Part shown: in pieces, positions 27,266 to 40,072 of the stretch
Numbering within the stretch: the first letter of the stretch is position 1
Layout: each line of letters begins with the position of its first letter
Assembly: GCA_964016885.1 (NCBI GenBank)
Contig: OZ024742.1
Coordinates: 301,382,001-301,446,000 of the forward strand
DNA length: 64,000 bases
Source: Eledone cirrhosa
Taxonomy: Eukaryota
Direction of reading: 5' to 3'
Notes under the pieces: generated by a model
Database searches by the model: none
Told to the model about the DNA's origin: nothing
Seen by the model: only the letters and a program-made list of their open reading frames with translations
Made by a program: the position numbers and the translations under genes

Positions 27266-27327
<62 letters not shown>

Positions 27328-27330
<3 letters not shown>

Positions 27331-27775
27331 TTTTGGAAGCCTCAACAATGCAGATGGGTAATTCTCCAGGTAACAAGATCCAGTGGTGAAGAGAGAGATG
27401 TAAGTGAATGTAGAATGAGATGTATAGTGGGTAGAAGAACGTAGGAAAGAGCGTAAAAAATAAAAATAATAACACGAGATAGAGTTACCTTGGGAGAGAT
27501 TTAATTGTCCCTATATTTCGGATTAACATCCATCAACTGGGGGTTTTTTCCGGAAAAACCCCCCAGTTGATGGATGTTAATCCGAAATATAGGGACAATT
27601 AAATCTCTCCCAAGGTAACTCTATCTCGTGTTATTATTTTTATTTTTTACGCTCTTTCCTACGTTCTTCTACCCACTATACATCTCATTCTACATTCACT
27701 TACATCTCTCTCTTCACAACTGGATCTTGTTACCTGGAGAATTACCCATCTGCATTGTTGAGGCTTCCAAAACGA
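27328..27775. repeat. ~450-bp near-perfect palindrome between (TA)n tracts
   Basis: Arms of ~220 bp meet at ttttccggaaaa (~27550); very few mismatches. Confidence 0.95.
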
Positions 27776-27881
27776 CCTAAAGAAAATATATCTTATTATT
27801 CCACAATGCTTCAAGCAAACTTCAATACTCTCTTATATATATATATATATATATATATATTACCTAAATATATAGTAAAAC

Positions 27882-28271
27882 CTACTCCAGCCAATAGGCA
27901 TCTCTAACAAAATACACCCCGTCCCACCACCACCACCCCCACCCCATCCACACCACCCCGTTCTATGTAAAGTTATGTTGGTGCCGCGCCATCCAGGCCG
28001 AAACAAATGAGATCGTGTAGGTGTCACGACAAAAAAACACACAGTCCACGCTGTAATGTGGCCGTGTAGGCAACACGGTAAAAACCTCCCAGACCCACAC
28101 TGTAAATGTGGTTGGTGTTAGGAAGGGCATCCAACTGTAGAAAACCTGCCAGAGAGTCCTATGCGAGCAAGACAATCACTCTTGCCTCAAGTGGGACTAC
28201 CTCCGTCCAAACCCATGCAAGCGTGGAACACGGACGTTAAACGTTGATGATGATGATGATGATGATGATGA
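27882..28271 (+). mobile_element. RTE LINE 3' UTR-only copy
   Basis: Almost identical to 47960-48339; (GAT)n tail; flanked by (TA)n. Confidence 0.88.
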
Positions 28272-28792
28272 TATATATATATATATATTTATATAAATAT
28301 AATTTCAGTGAGATCATATTTCGGCGGGGGCCAAAAACAAAACGAAACGCAATCTTTGAGATATGCGGTAAGCGCTCAATGGACTAAAAGAAGACCAGAG
28401 CAATTAACATACGTTATAGAGGCCAGATAAAATGAAAACAGTGGTCGTGAAGCCATCAGACACCGGAGCCAAAAAAACGAAGCAAGCCATATATATATCA
28501 TCATCATTTTACGTCCACTTTTCCCTGCTTGCAAGGGTGGGACAGGAACTGACTCTGGCTTGATTTCTACAGCTGGATGCCCTTCCTAACACCAATCTCA
28601 TTTACAGTGAGTGCTGGGTGGTTTTTGCCGTGGCACCTACACAACCACTTTGCAGTGGAATGATAGGGACCCCAGTTTCCTATCATCTCATTTCTACAGC
28701 TGAGTAAACTGGAGCAATGTGAAATAAAGTGTCTTGCTCAAGGAAACAACACATCACCCGGTCTGAGAATTGAACTCACAACCTTTTGATTG

Positions 28793-28843
<51 letters not shown>

Positions 28844-29079
28844 GATAATAATAATTGTTTCTACTTTTGGCACAAGGCCACCAGTTACCCAGTACATTAC
28901 TAGTACTTTATTTTATCGAGCTCGTAAGGATGAAAGACAAAGTTTACCTCGGTAGGATTTGAACTCAGTCCATAAAGGGACGTAACTCTATGCTGGAAAG
29001 CATGGCGTCCGACTCTCTACCAATAATGGCAATCCACCACCCTCAATAATAAACAAAAAACTTTAATTCATCCCAATTT

Positions 29080-29154
29080 ATTTTATTATATTTATTTCGA
29101 AGATGCAAGGCTTATGTATAACTTAAGCCAAAACATGTTCTCTTCAGATAAAAT
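29080..29154 (-). ncRNA. Type I hammerhead ribozyme fold
   Basis: Stem I ATTTTAT/ATAAAAT, CTGAAGA, stem II GAA-C-ATG..GGCTTA/TAAGCC..CAT-C-TTC, GAAA, stem III ATA-AA-TAT, triplet ATA. Confidence 0.8.
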
Positions 29155-29866
29155 CCACGGGAGATGTAGAAATCATTTGATATGCAGGTGATCAGACGAG
29201 CTGTTCAGATCCGTGGCTGGCAAGCATATGAGATAGAAAAAACAACCTCAACTCAAAAGATATTATATGAGTGGGAGAAATATTATAGTTGGTATTGATA
29301 TATTTGAACTTACAAGAGTATGATGATACCAGATTGGTATTATTATAATAATAAAACTCCGGATAAACATATACCGTTGAGTGCTTGATATCTGTTATAT
29401 AAAAGTCAGCTGATTCTAAATCAACTAACTCTTTTTCATTGAACAAATATACATATATATATATATATGTGTGTGTCCAAAATGGCTGACTGAATTGGCA
29501 CATGTATTTTTTCTCATTTCTTTTCTGTTCCTTTCTCTTCTCACTCATTATCTTTCTATTTTATCTTTTATTTCTAATTCTATTTTTAGATGGAGGACTA
29601 GTGTCTGAAAAGTTAAGACTCTTTTCCTGTTATTTCAAGTGTTAAACTAATATATTTCTTCAATGTACTGTGTTGTTTGCTTTGTTATTTCTGTTTACTT
29701 TTTACACACACACACACACATATATATATATATCATCATTTTACATAAACCTATGTTGATGGTTTGTTTTGACAGGAGTTCACTTCCATTTTGTTTATTA
29801 ACATTGTATAAATCTTCCTGATATAATCAGAACAATAATTTGTGACTGCAACATTGTTATTTATAG

Positions 29867-29974
29867 AGTAAATCAGATATAAGTGTGTGTATAGACAACA
29901 GTGGAAGTTTGAATTGTTGCAGTAACACAAACGAGTTCAGAAACATTATAAATGTACAGCCATCATCTTGTAAG
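29867..29974 (+). CDS. EFCAB7: EFCAB7 coding exon
   Basis: tatag|AGT...AAG|gtgagt; SKSDISVCIDNSGSLNCCSNTNEFRNIINVQPSSCK, 36 codons, phase 0/0. Confidence 0.85.
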
Positions 29975-30974
29975 GTGAGTGTGTTTTCTTTGTTTATTAT
30001 ACTGTAGATGTTGGATGATATATGTTGCCCCAGGTAGAGCCGCTACTTCTTTAAATTGAGAGATCACAGCACTGATACTATGGGCATGTGGTTAGAATGT
30101 CTCAGGAAAGAATCGCTGGACAGATTTTACAGGCAAAACCAACCAGCAGGAGTCCCAGGAGTAGACCCTAAGCAAAATGGCTGGATAACATTCATGACCT
30201 TGGCTGGTCACACTTGGGGATCCAGCAGGATCAGTTGGAGCCGGTTGCTTCTGACAGGACCTGCTGGAAGGAGTGATTGAGGACTCTACCCCAACGGCCC
30301 TCTCAGAAATAAGTTGGCGAACAAGATTTAGTCTGGCTGTGAAGTTAGGCCCAGTGGTTAAAACACAGGGTTATCAGTAGCTTGGAATGAGGATCAACTT
30401 GACTAGTTTTGTCATATTTATTCATCAAGATTTCCCTATCTTCCCCTGCCATACTGCCAAAAGATAGTAATGGAACATTAATTATTAAAATGTAAAGCAG
30501 TATTGTAAATGACACAACTCATAACACTACACATTTCAAACAACAATATTATGTACATCATCATCGTCATCATCAATGTTTTACATGTACTCTTCCATGT
30601 TTGCATGGGTCAGACTGGTCTTTTCCAGCCCGACTTCCCTCCATTTATTGCTTTCTTTCAAATCTTCTGTGAGCTTCAGCAATTTGAGGTCATCTCTCAC
30701 CACCTCCACCCAAGTCTTCCTTAGCCTTCCTCTACTGCAGCTTCCTTCCACTGGGATTTCTTGACACTTCTTTGCCCAACAATCATCAACCATATTCATC
30801 AGATATGGTTGATGTACTCTTCCTTCTTTCACATTACATTTTATTCTTCTTACACCCAGTTTTTCTCTTAGCTCATCCATGCTTCATCTCTTTATTCATG
30901 CACACAGTAACATCACACAAATATTTTAATCATATAAAATAATTGTTGAGTGTTGTTTTCATGATTTCTTTCAG

Positions 30975-31046
30975 GTGTGTCACTTTATGGTGCCATGTAA
31001 TGAACAAGAACCATGGACAATTGAATGTTCTGCAACAATCATATGA
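30975..31046 (+). CDS. EFCAB7: EFCAB7 last coding exon
   Basis: tttcag|GTG...TGA; VCHFMVPCNEQEPWTIECSATII* (compare VCQHVMPLNERQEW). Confidence 0.9.
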   Translation: MCHFMVPCNEQEPWTIECSATII

Positions 31047-32923
31047 GGAATATTCAGGTACTTAATTCTATCAAGAAATATAATGGTTTCTGATTTAGGC
31101 ACAAGGCCAGCAATTTTGGGGAAGCAGAAAGTTGATTAAATCGACCCTAGTGCATTACTGGTGCTTTATTTTATTGAACCCGTAAGGATGTAAGGCAGAG
31201 CTAACTTTGGTAGGATTTGAACTCAGAACATAAAGGGACGTAACTATGCCACAAAGCATGGTGTCCGACCCTCTACCGGTTCTGCCAATCCACCTATGAA
31301 GAAATATAATACTAAGTAATTGTTGAATAAACTAACTAACTAACTGAGACAGTGTAGGATCAATAGGTTTCATTAGGCTTGCTGAAAACAACCTCTCTAG
31401 TGGTGATGTCACATTAACATGTACCCAGTATACACTATAATATAGCTGGTATTAGGAAGGGCATCTAGTCATAGAAGCCATACAGGCAAGGGTTGTATGT
31501 ACAAGTGAAACACAGTCCTCCAGCCTCTCGAGGAAGGCAGTAATTCCAAATAAGAACTGACTCAGGCCACAATAGCTGTTCAGACCTTGCCAGTATGGGA
31601 ATTGAATGGAAAATGATGGTTGTTAATCATCATCATCATTGTCATCATCATCGTTTAACGTCCATTTTCTTCGCTAGCATGGGTTATATGAGTTATCCCA
31701 TTGTGAGACAAGCCAGGTCTGGTGACCATATCTTGCTCATACAGAACTGGTTTTGGCTTGGTTTCAACTGGATGCCCTACCTAATGCCAAAGTGTTATAT
31801 ATTTAGTGCAAGAAGAACATAAAAATCTAACTAGAAATAATTATACAATGAAAAAAATATATATATATGATCATCATTTTACAGCTTCTTTCCTTCCCAA
31901 TTGGTCAAACATGTTTCAGCACAGCTTCTCACCATTTATTAGTTCTTAGATATCAAATATACTCAAGAACAGAGAAAAACTCTAATTCTTGTTGAACCGT
32001 TCATTGTCTTTTGGCATGGTTTTTACAGCTGAATACCCTTCTTATTGCCAACCACATGTCAATGACAAATATTTTTTAATCATTTGACAAGTATGGGAGA
32101 CAACTCAAGACAGGTTTCCTTCTTATTATGACCTCTTTATGCTTGCTGAAGCAGTGATGAAAGAATTTATAATTAGATGTACAAGAATATGCACCTGTCA
32201 TATTTAATCATTATCAATACTGTTGTGTCAACAAACACTGAGTCTTTGGATATGTTTGTACCATTTTCTTGCCAATAGCATCTCTTAAATCCCTCCAGAC
32301 TTTCAGATAGTTGTATTCAGAGTCTTGTAGCATTAAAAAAGCAAATTTTATTTTAAATGCTGGAATATAAACAATACATTACAACTGAGAGGTGTCAACT
32401 GTATCTACATCTTTTAATCTTTTTTTTTTTTTTCAATAAACGATGGAATAACTGGAACAAAATCAAAAGGGATATGGAGGGGGGGGACAAGTCATTGAGA
32501 AGGTCACAGAATGTGTGACGAAAGACCTTTAACAATTAAATAACCATTTGGTTGTTAAATTAACTGAGGAATGGATTAGTTACCAGAACAATAATAAAAC
32601 CAAAGTGAAACTCAAATTGGCAGCATGTTTCTACACATGATTTGACAACAAGAATCTTGGAAAACAAATACAAAAATTTTATATATATATATATATCATC
32701 ATCGTCATCATCATCATCACACGTCCATCTTTCCACGTTGGCATGGGTTAGATGAGTTATCCTGTTGTTCATTATATATATGTGTATATATATTGTTGGT
32801 GTAGGAAGGGCATCCAGTTGTAGAAAACCCGCCAGACAACCAATCTTGCCTCAAGTGGGAAAATTCCCGTCCAAACCCATGCAAGTGTGGAAGATAGACA
32901 TTAAACGATGATGATGATGATGA

Positions 32924-32966
<43 letters not shown>

Positions 32967-33370
32967 CAATACAAAAAAATACAGTATACTTATTTACTCT
33001 TTTACTTGTTTCAGACATTAGACTGTGGCCATGTTGGGGCACTGCTTTCTTTTACTTGTTTCAGTCATTAGACTGTGACTGTGCTGTTTTTTTATATTTA
33101 ATTTTTTAATGCTTGCATTGCTGAATTGCTTTGTTTATTGGAAACAATGTTTTTACAGCAGTAAGCCCTTCCTTTTACTTAACCACTGACGAAGTACAAC
33201 AATGATATTAATAAGATTTTAACTTAATACCAACCAGCATTGTACCTGAAGTACCCTCAACTAAAATAGAATATTTATATCCAATTGCTATATTAGTTAG
33301 ATCTCTCCACCAATTTAACTGACTAGTGTGTCAGATTGTAATGGCTGTAGGGAAATGGTAAACTCTTCTT

Positions 33371-33453
<83 letters not shown>

Positions 33454-33893
33454 ATAATAGTAAAATTGAAGACTAAAATCCAAAGAGGGCTCGATAAGGT
33501 AAATATATATAAAATATATAAGAACCGTAGAGCAAATATTTATTAAAATAACAGATTAAAGTTTAAGCAAAGAATCGCTGCTTTCACCCTTAACGGGATC
33601 TTCTGAAACTAACAAAGTCATTCTGTAAACGCAGAACTGGATATTTCAAAAAACGTTGCAACCGGAGGAAGACAGGAAGACGATACTTTGGTTTGTGGTA
33701 ACGTTAACTGGCAAAGAACGGGGAAAAACGAATAATACGTCATTAATAGGAGTGGTGAAAAACAATTACGCGCAAAGACAGAACCACGTTTATGGTATAA
33801 AAGAGGTCGTAGACTAATGTTCTCTTAGGTGGTGCATAGAGACGTTCTCTGGCAATGAACGAAAAAATGAAGATAATAAGTCATATGTGGAGC

Positions 33894-34198
33894 CAGGGTT
33901 AACCGCCAATAGTTTCAAGCAGCGACTTTACTTGCATACCCATTCTTTTCGTTACCCTCTAAGAAGGAATATGACGTCACTTTCAGCTTATATCTGGAGT
34001 CTAAAAGACAACCACACCCAATATAAGTTACACTGGGAGATCCTAGCTAGGGCTAGATCGTATAACGGAAATAAAAGACCATGTGACCTCTGCGCCACTG
34101 AGGCCCTGGAAATACTCTACGCCACAGACCACATCTTAAACAAAAAATCTGAGGCAATTTCGGTTTGTAAACATAAATTGCACAAAACTTTCCTGTAA
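33894..34198 (+). pseudogene. GIY-YIG endonuclease C-terminal fragment of a Penelope-like element
   Basis: Begins at the G of the (YI)G motif; the conserved R, CxxC, E and LN positions are present; open to a TAA stop. Confidence 0.85.
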
Positions 34199-35140
34199 TA
34201 CAGCCCCACGTTATACCCTAACGGATAGCACGATCTATACGTGGATATTTTACGTCTTGATGTGGGAGCTAAGTATATGTTTGTTTATTCCTTTACTTAT
34301 TTGCATAGGTAAGTATATATTACCCGTATGTTTTGTGAAGGTATGTATACCTTCTCGTACGTATATTTGACTGTTATGGCGTATAATTTTTACATATTCT
34401 GGTATTTAGGGTTTGGCTATGTGTATACGGGAGTTTTGCGTCTGCGTGAGTATGCAGGTTCGTACGTATGGTGGGTGTGTGTATATGTGTACTTCTTGTT
34501 TTAGTTGACTTACGTCTCCGAACATTTGTGTATTTATATGTAGGTATGCGTGTGCGCTTGTTATATACGTATTTATTTACTTATATACGTTTATATAATT
34601 ATTCATTTATTTGTACACAAGCATACACACACACACATATTTATATGTGCGTGGTTTTGTATACCTATGGTAAGGTTTTGCGTATGCTTGTGTATGTATG
34701 TATCTGTTTGCGTGTATGTATTTATTTGTTTCTATTACTTCTGTATTGTATTTATTTACTTTGTTCTTAACTCTGTAGCGGAGATTCATTTGGTCTCCTA
34801 GTTAGAATTTTAGTCTACGACTTCTGCTTACCATTTACGTGATTTTGTCTTTGCGTGCTATTGTTCTCCACGCTCCACATATGACTTATTATCTTCGTTT
34901 TTTCGTTCATTGCCAGAGAACGTCTCTATGCACCACCTAAGAAAACATTAGTCTACAACCTCTTTTATACCATAAACGTGGTTCTGTCTTTGCGCGTAAT
35001 TGTTTTTCACCGCTCCTATTAATGACGTATTATTCGTTTTTTCCCGTTCTTTGCCAGCGAACGTTACCACGAACCAAAGTATCATCTTCCTGTCTTCCTC
35101 CGGTTGCAACGTTTTTTGAAATATCCAGTTCTGCGTTTAC

Positions 35141-35212
35141 AGATTGACTTTGTTAGTTTCAGAAGATCCCGTTAAGGGTGAAAGCAGCGATTCTTTGCTT
35201 AAACTTTAATCT
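35141..35212 (+). ncRNA. Variant type I hammerhead at the end of the Penelope pLTR (mirror 33560-33610 on -)
   Basis: Stem I AGTTT/AAACT extended by AGATTGA/TTAATCT, core CAGAAGA (U4A), stem II T-CCC-GTTAA-GGG-T, GAAA, stem III AGCA/TGCT, triplet CTT. Confidence 0.65.
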
Positions 35213-37072
35213 GTTATTTTAATAAATATATATATATATATATATCATCATCATCATTTCATCATCATCATTTTACGTCCGCTTTTCCCTGTTCCCTGCT
35301 TGCATATATATGTATCTGTGTGTGTGTCTCTCTCTCTCTCACATGTATTCAATGCCAGTTCAATTTGATATCTAGAAATGCCACCAATCTATTTTATTCT
35401 TTTAAAATCTTCTGTATTTGCATTTCAATTAATTTTGAAAATAACGAAGAATTTAGTAAATAATTAACATTTTTATTATCAAGCTGCTGTTTGGAACATA
35501 ACTTAACAAAGGTTAAGATTTTACTTGAACTTTTGATGGAAAGGTTTTAATTTAGATATGTACAGTTAAAAAGAAATGATGTTTATATCATAGAGCAGAC
35601 ATGAAACTGTAATTAGTGATTAGTGTTGTTGTTGTTAGAAAAAGACCATAGAAATTTCTAGTTGAAAAAATGGAAAGAAGTGGAAGAGAGTTTTCCTTTC
35701 AATGATAAACTGCAATATGTTGAATGGTACAAATTCTAATTACTTTATATTACATTTTCTTTAACTTACTGAGTATCCAATTAGCCAGAAACCAAACCAA
35801 TTTCTTCTGTTCTAATTCCAGTGATATCTAGGGTGCATTGCAGAAATATAAATCAACCGTGGAAGGATGGAAGGTAAAATTGACCTCAGCAGGATTTGAA
35901 CTGAGAATGTAAAGGGATGTAACTAAATACCACAAAAAAAAAAAACAGGATTCAAAACCTTTTCATTCCTGAATCTCAGAACTAAATGACTGAGTTACAT
36001 GTCTACAGTGGTTTTATGTTGCTTTAAACATTGATACACTAAACATGTCAAACATAACAGTCAAACATTGCTTCCGACAGTGATACACTAAACATGTTAA
36101 ACATTGCTTCAGACATTGATACAATAAATAGACATTGTATACAATAATGCCCATACAACATGTAGTTCTTCTATTTAGTTCACTTTTCTTTGTGAATGAA
36201 ATGTATCAATTTTTTGTATAAATATGTAAATGTGTATCTACAGCTATTGTATTTCATTTGTGTGTGTGTGCATGTGCGTGTGTGTAGATAGAGAGATAGG
36301 AAGAGAGAGAATTGTGCATATGCGTATGTATATATAAATATATGAATACGTATATATGTTGGGTGCATATGTATGTATGTGTAAAACAAACTTATGAATG
36401 GTGCAGTCATTGCCTTGTTAAGAAGTTCCATTTCCAAACTCAAGGTCCTGGGTTCAATCCCACTCTGTGGCATTGTGGGCAAGTATCCTTTACTCTAGCC
36501 CCTGTTTGCTGAAGATTATATTGGAATGCTCATTGTCAAGCACAATAGAGAATATATATATAAATGTATGTATGTATTGGGTAAAGGCACTTGTCTTAGT
36601 GGTTAGAGAGTTGGATTCACAATCATGAGGTTGTGAGTTTGATTCCCAGACCAGGGAATCGTGTCCTTGAGCAAGACACTTTATTTCACACAGCTTCAGT
36701 TCACTCAGCTGTAGAAATAAGTTGCTACATCACTGGTGCCAAGCTATATCAGCTTTTGCCTCTCCCTTGGACTTCATCAGTAGTGTGGAAAGGGGAGACA
36801 GGCATGCATGGGCAACTGCTGGTCTTCCACAAAAACACCTTGCCCAGGCTTGTGCCTCAGAGGGGAACTTCCCTAGGGAAAAAACCTGTGGTCGTTCATG
36901 ATTGAAATGTGTCTTAACACCATCGATCACTGACAAAAAGAGCAATTTTTTTTATATGTATGTATTACAGCTATCACAGTTAGTGATAACTGAGACAATA
37001 ATGAAAGTATATCTGAAGGTGATTATATTTGCTGTAGACTATACACCATGGCTATGACCAACAATGTATAGT

Positions 37073-38196
37073 CTACAGGTAGATTACATCTTCAATAAAA
37101 ACCTCTTTCTCTCTAACTTTGTCTTCATCATCTTCACTTGAACTCACTTCTTCAATGTCTTCCAACTTTTTTAATGTTTCCAGCCCATTGTTACTCACAC
37201 CATTACCAAACTTTGTTGTTTTTGAAGACAACTTGGTTACTACTTTAATATCTCTGCTGAAATTCATGGCATTTTCTTCACAAAGATGCAGTGCCTTTTG
37301 AAAATGTGTGGACTTTAGAAGGTTTTTACTAAGGGATAAGGAAAATGTCATGCTTGATGTGACAGGCATCTGAAATAAGACATAGGAAGAATTGTTTACT
37401 GCACACGCAATCACTGATTGTTGCTCTTCAACCTCTTTAAGTTTTAGAAACCCAGATGTTAACAAAAGACGTTTTTTACCATAGACAAAGCAGATTATGG
37501 GAGGAAGAACTTTCTGATTTAACAATTCTTTAACTTGTATTGAGAGTTTATTAGGGTTTGTTGGGTGTGTCAATATTTCGATGAAACTCCCTTCAGTATG
37601 GAATGGAAAATAGACATTCCGTCCACTAGCATCTTTACATTTAAGAACAAGACTAATTTCCTTTGATAGTGACCCCACAGAAACAGATCTAAATATTGAC
37701 TTTGCTTTCAAGCTTCTATCAGATAATAAATCTTCATTCACACTGGAGCTTAGTCTGTCTGTAATTTGTACTCTCTTTATATGTGACGATGGTGGAGGTG
37801 TACTACTAGTTAATGGATCTCGTTTGGGCACCGCATATATATTTCCATGAATATCATATTCATTTGTTTGGTTTATGTCAGCAAAGTGGACTGTAGATTT
37901 TCGGTTTGCCGAAGGAACTTTCAAAATAGAAGGATGGCTGTTCTGAAGATTTCCTTTGGAACTAAAAGACCAGTTTTCAACTTCTTCAATTAAAAAAATA
38001 CTTCCTCGTGGGTACAATTTCGGACAGGATCCTGCATTTGCTGGACTGATGCTTCCAAGAGATGATGTCTTACGAATACCTTGTATTGTGTTCATTGTTA
38101 AAAATCCTTTCACTTTATGTCTCGCCACAGATTCAATACTTTCATAAGTAACTAGTTCAGTGCCATTCCCTGTGGTTACTGGCTGCACAAATAAAC
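37073..38196 (-). CDS. CABIT-domain protein, second coding exon
   Basis: tttgcag|GT joins in phase 1 to give IPEDYEGLFVQP. Long clean ORF with LKCKDASGRNVYFPFHTEGSF, VKELLNQKVLPPII and QQSVIACAV (GAREM-like). Spliced product is ~501 aa, ending DVIYL*. Confidence 0.85.
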
Positions 38197-38411
38197 CTGC
38201 AAATACAAATGAACTCTTTATTTCTTTGAAGTATAATTTGCATCAACATTATTTGTATGCTATGCTTTATATGTCCAATAGGAGTGAGCAGAAATTCTAT
38301 AAAGTGCACACAATGTAATTTATGGACTCACAAGCGATATAGTGGGATTACAGGCAGGTAAATGGAGAAGATAGACTTTGTATATGGCCGATGCACTAGT
38401 GAAGTAAGCAC

Positions 38412-38587
38412 TAAGAGCACACGTGGAATAGATTCCCTCAACTTCTCAGGAGGCTCCTTGGAAGTTGTTGACAGCTGAATCTCCACCATAACTACACATT
38501 ATGAATATAGAGAGCTTTCTCCTGCATACTCCTGTTTTTACAAAAAGTGGCATCCCAGCTCACACGGATAAACAAATTTTTTACTGG

Positions 38588-38619
<32 letters not shown>

Positions 38620-38741
38620 GTGTGTGTGTCCAGAAAGCTCTCTACATTCGTAGTGTGTAGTTATGATAGAGATTCAGCTGTCAACAACTTCTAGGGAGCC
38701 TCCTGAGTAGTTGAGGGAATCTATTCCACGTGTGCTCTTAT
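38412..38741. repeat. Inverted repeat with an inner microsatellite palindrome
   Basis: 38412-38519 against 38632-38741; inner ctgga(ca)n(ta)n(tg)ntccag. Confidence 0.85.
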
Positions 38742-39360
38742 ATAGATATATATAATGTGTGTGTATAAATGTGAACACAGCATGGCCGAATGGTTAAAAG
38801 GTTTGCTTCGCAATCATTAGGTCCCAGGTTCAATCCCACTGTGCGGTATCTTATTTACCATGGCCTCGAGTTGACCTTTGAGAGTGAAATTGGGTAGACA
38901 GAAATTGTTTGGAAGCCTGTTTTGTAATTCAAAGAGCCAGTCCTGACATACAGTGTGTCACACTGATTCTCACTGAGAATTACATTAAGGGTATACATAT
39001 CTATGGAGTACCCAGCCATTTACATGTTAATCTCATGAGCAGGCTGTTCTGTTGATTGAATAACTGCAACACTTGTCATTGAAACTGAGGTACATAAATC
39101 TACACGTACACAAATTTATTGAAAAATTAATTTAGCCTTTGGCATTTAAACTGGCCATATCCGGCCAGAATTCTCTCACCTCTTTCTGTTTAAATGGGTT
39201 GTAACCAGCCACTTATACTGATATTAAGTTATTGTTCTCAAAATAAATAATATCAAAATCTTGTAGATTCAATATTATGTGAGATACTTAGGTGAGATAA
39301 AGTCTTTTCTGTGAAAATATAATAGTAAATATAGAGTAATGTGAATGCTAAAGGGTTAGA

Positions 39361-39539
39361 AGCTTCAACATATTTTTTGACTATGAAAAATAGTCTAACA
39401 AATTGGGTATAAAAGTCCCTGGAAAGAAAAAAGTTGACAGCATCACCCCACAGGTGACACTCAACTTTTTTTTCGTTCTAGGGGTTTTATTCTCAACTTG
39501 TTAGGCTATTTTTCATAGTCAAAAAATACATTAAAACTT
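39361..39539. repeat. Diverged ~180-bp fold-back / MITE-like hairpin
   Basis: ttttttgactatgaaaaatagtctaacaa ... ttgttaggctatttttcatagtcaaaaaa, with pairing to the centre. Confidence 0.8.
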
Positions 39540-39690
39540 GTAAGTTAATTTTCATCATCATCATCACTGTTTAACATCCATTTTCCATGCTAGCATGATA
39601 AATACATATCCACTCAATGCTTCTAAAAATAGATCACATACACAAATATTTGAAAACCATCTAAAAATAAACCCATCTCCCAGCACTCAC

Positions 39691-40072
39691 CTTCATAATC
39701 TTCAGGTATGGCAACATCCTCCAAATATGCATCCAAGTTTTCTCCAGGTACTGATGTGTCTACTAAATTCTCAGCAATCAACTGACGACTGTTACTTGAA
39801 TCAAAGAGCAGTAAATATTCCTGTGTGATGTTGAACGGGATTGGTAAGTTAGAATGTATTGGTTGGCCTCTTGTATGTAATCGAACAATTTGAGGTAGTC
39901 GAAACTTCTTAATAATATCAGCAACACTATAATTTTGTTCCGACCACTTTAGACTGTTCTCTTTACCAGTGCTACTTGCACGACTGTTTCTTCTACTGCT
40001 GCTACTGCTGCTGCTGCTGATGGAATTTAAATTCCAGTCATTATTGGAGCTGCGGAAGAATCTTTGACTCAT
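39691..40072 (-). CDS. CABIT-domain protein (GAREM/Themis/Serrano-like), first coding exon
   Basis: ATG at 40072 is preceded by an in-frame TGA; an acceptor ctccccag puts the exon start at 40155. WSEQNYSVADIIKKFRLPQIVRL and IPEDYEG are CABIT/GAREM-like motifs. Donor GAAG|gtgagt. Confidence 0.85.

Larger units (their letters stand above)
33536..35229 (+). mobile_element. 5'-truncated Penelope-like element: inverted pLTR, GIY-YIG C-terminus, 3' pLTR
   Basis: 33536-33893 is the reverse complement of 34872-35229. Between them is GLTANSFKQRLYLH...TSLSAYIWSLKD...WEILARA..Y....PCDLCATE...LNKKSE..S.CKH (PLE GIY-YIG). (TA)n lies on both sides. Confidence 0.85.

Noticed and set aside
27555-27600. TTGAT-GGAT-GTTA-ATCC-GAAA hammerhead-like string
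   Set aside because: Lacks G8/A9 and has no convincing stems I and III.
28299-28490. TA-bounded segment with CTGATGG...GAAA on the minus strand
   Set aside because: Non-canonical core and a ~130-nt stem II that I cannot support by eye.
29585-29625. TAGATGG-AGGAC-TAGT-GTCT-GAAA
   Set aside because: Too many core mismatches.
32985-33085. Duplicated ttttacttgtttcagtcattagactgtg
   Set aside because: Looks like the tail of a common octopus SINE; useful as a taxonomic hint, not novel.
33186-33260. CTGACGA-AGTACAA...TTGTACCT-GAAG
   Set aside because: GAAG in place of GAAA and no stem I; at best a decayed hammerhead.
34199-35229. SECIS element in the PLE 3' region
   Set aside because: ATGA strings are present but with no apical AA loop or GA quartet partner, and the fragment has no in-frame TGA.
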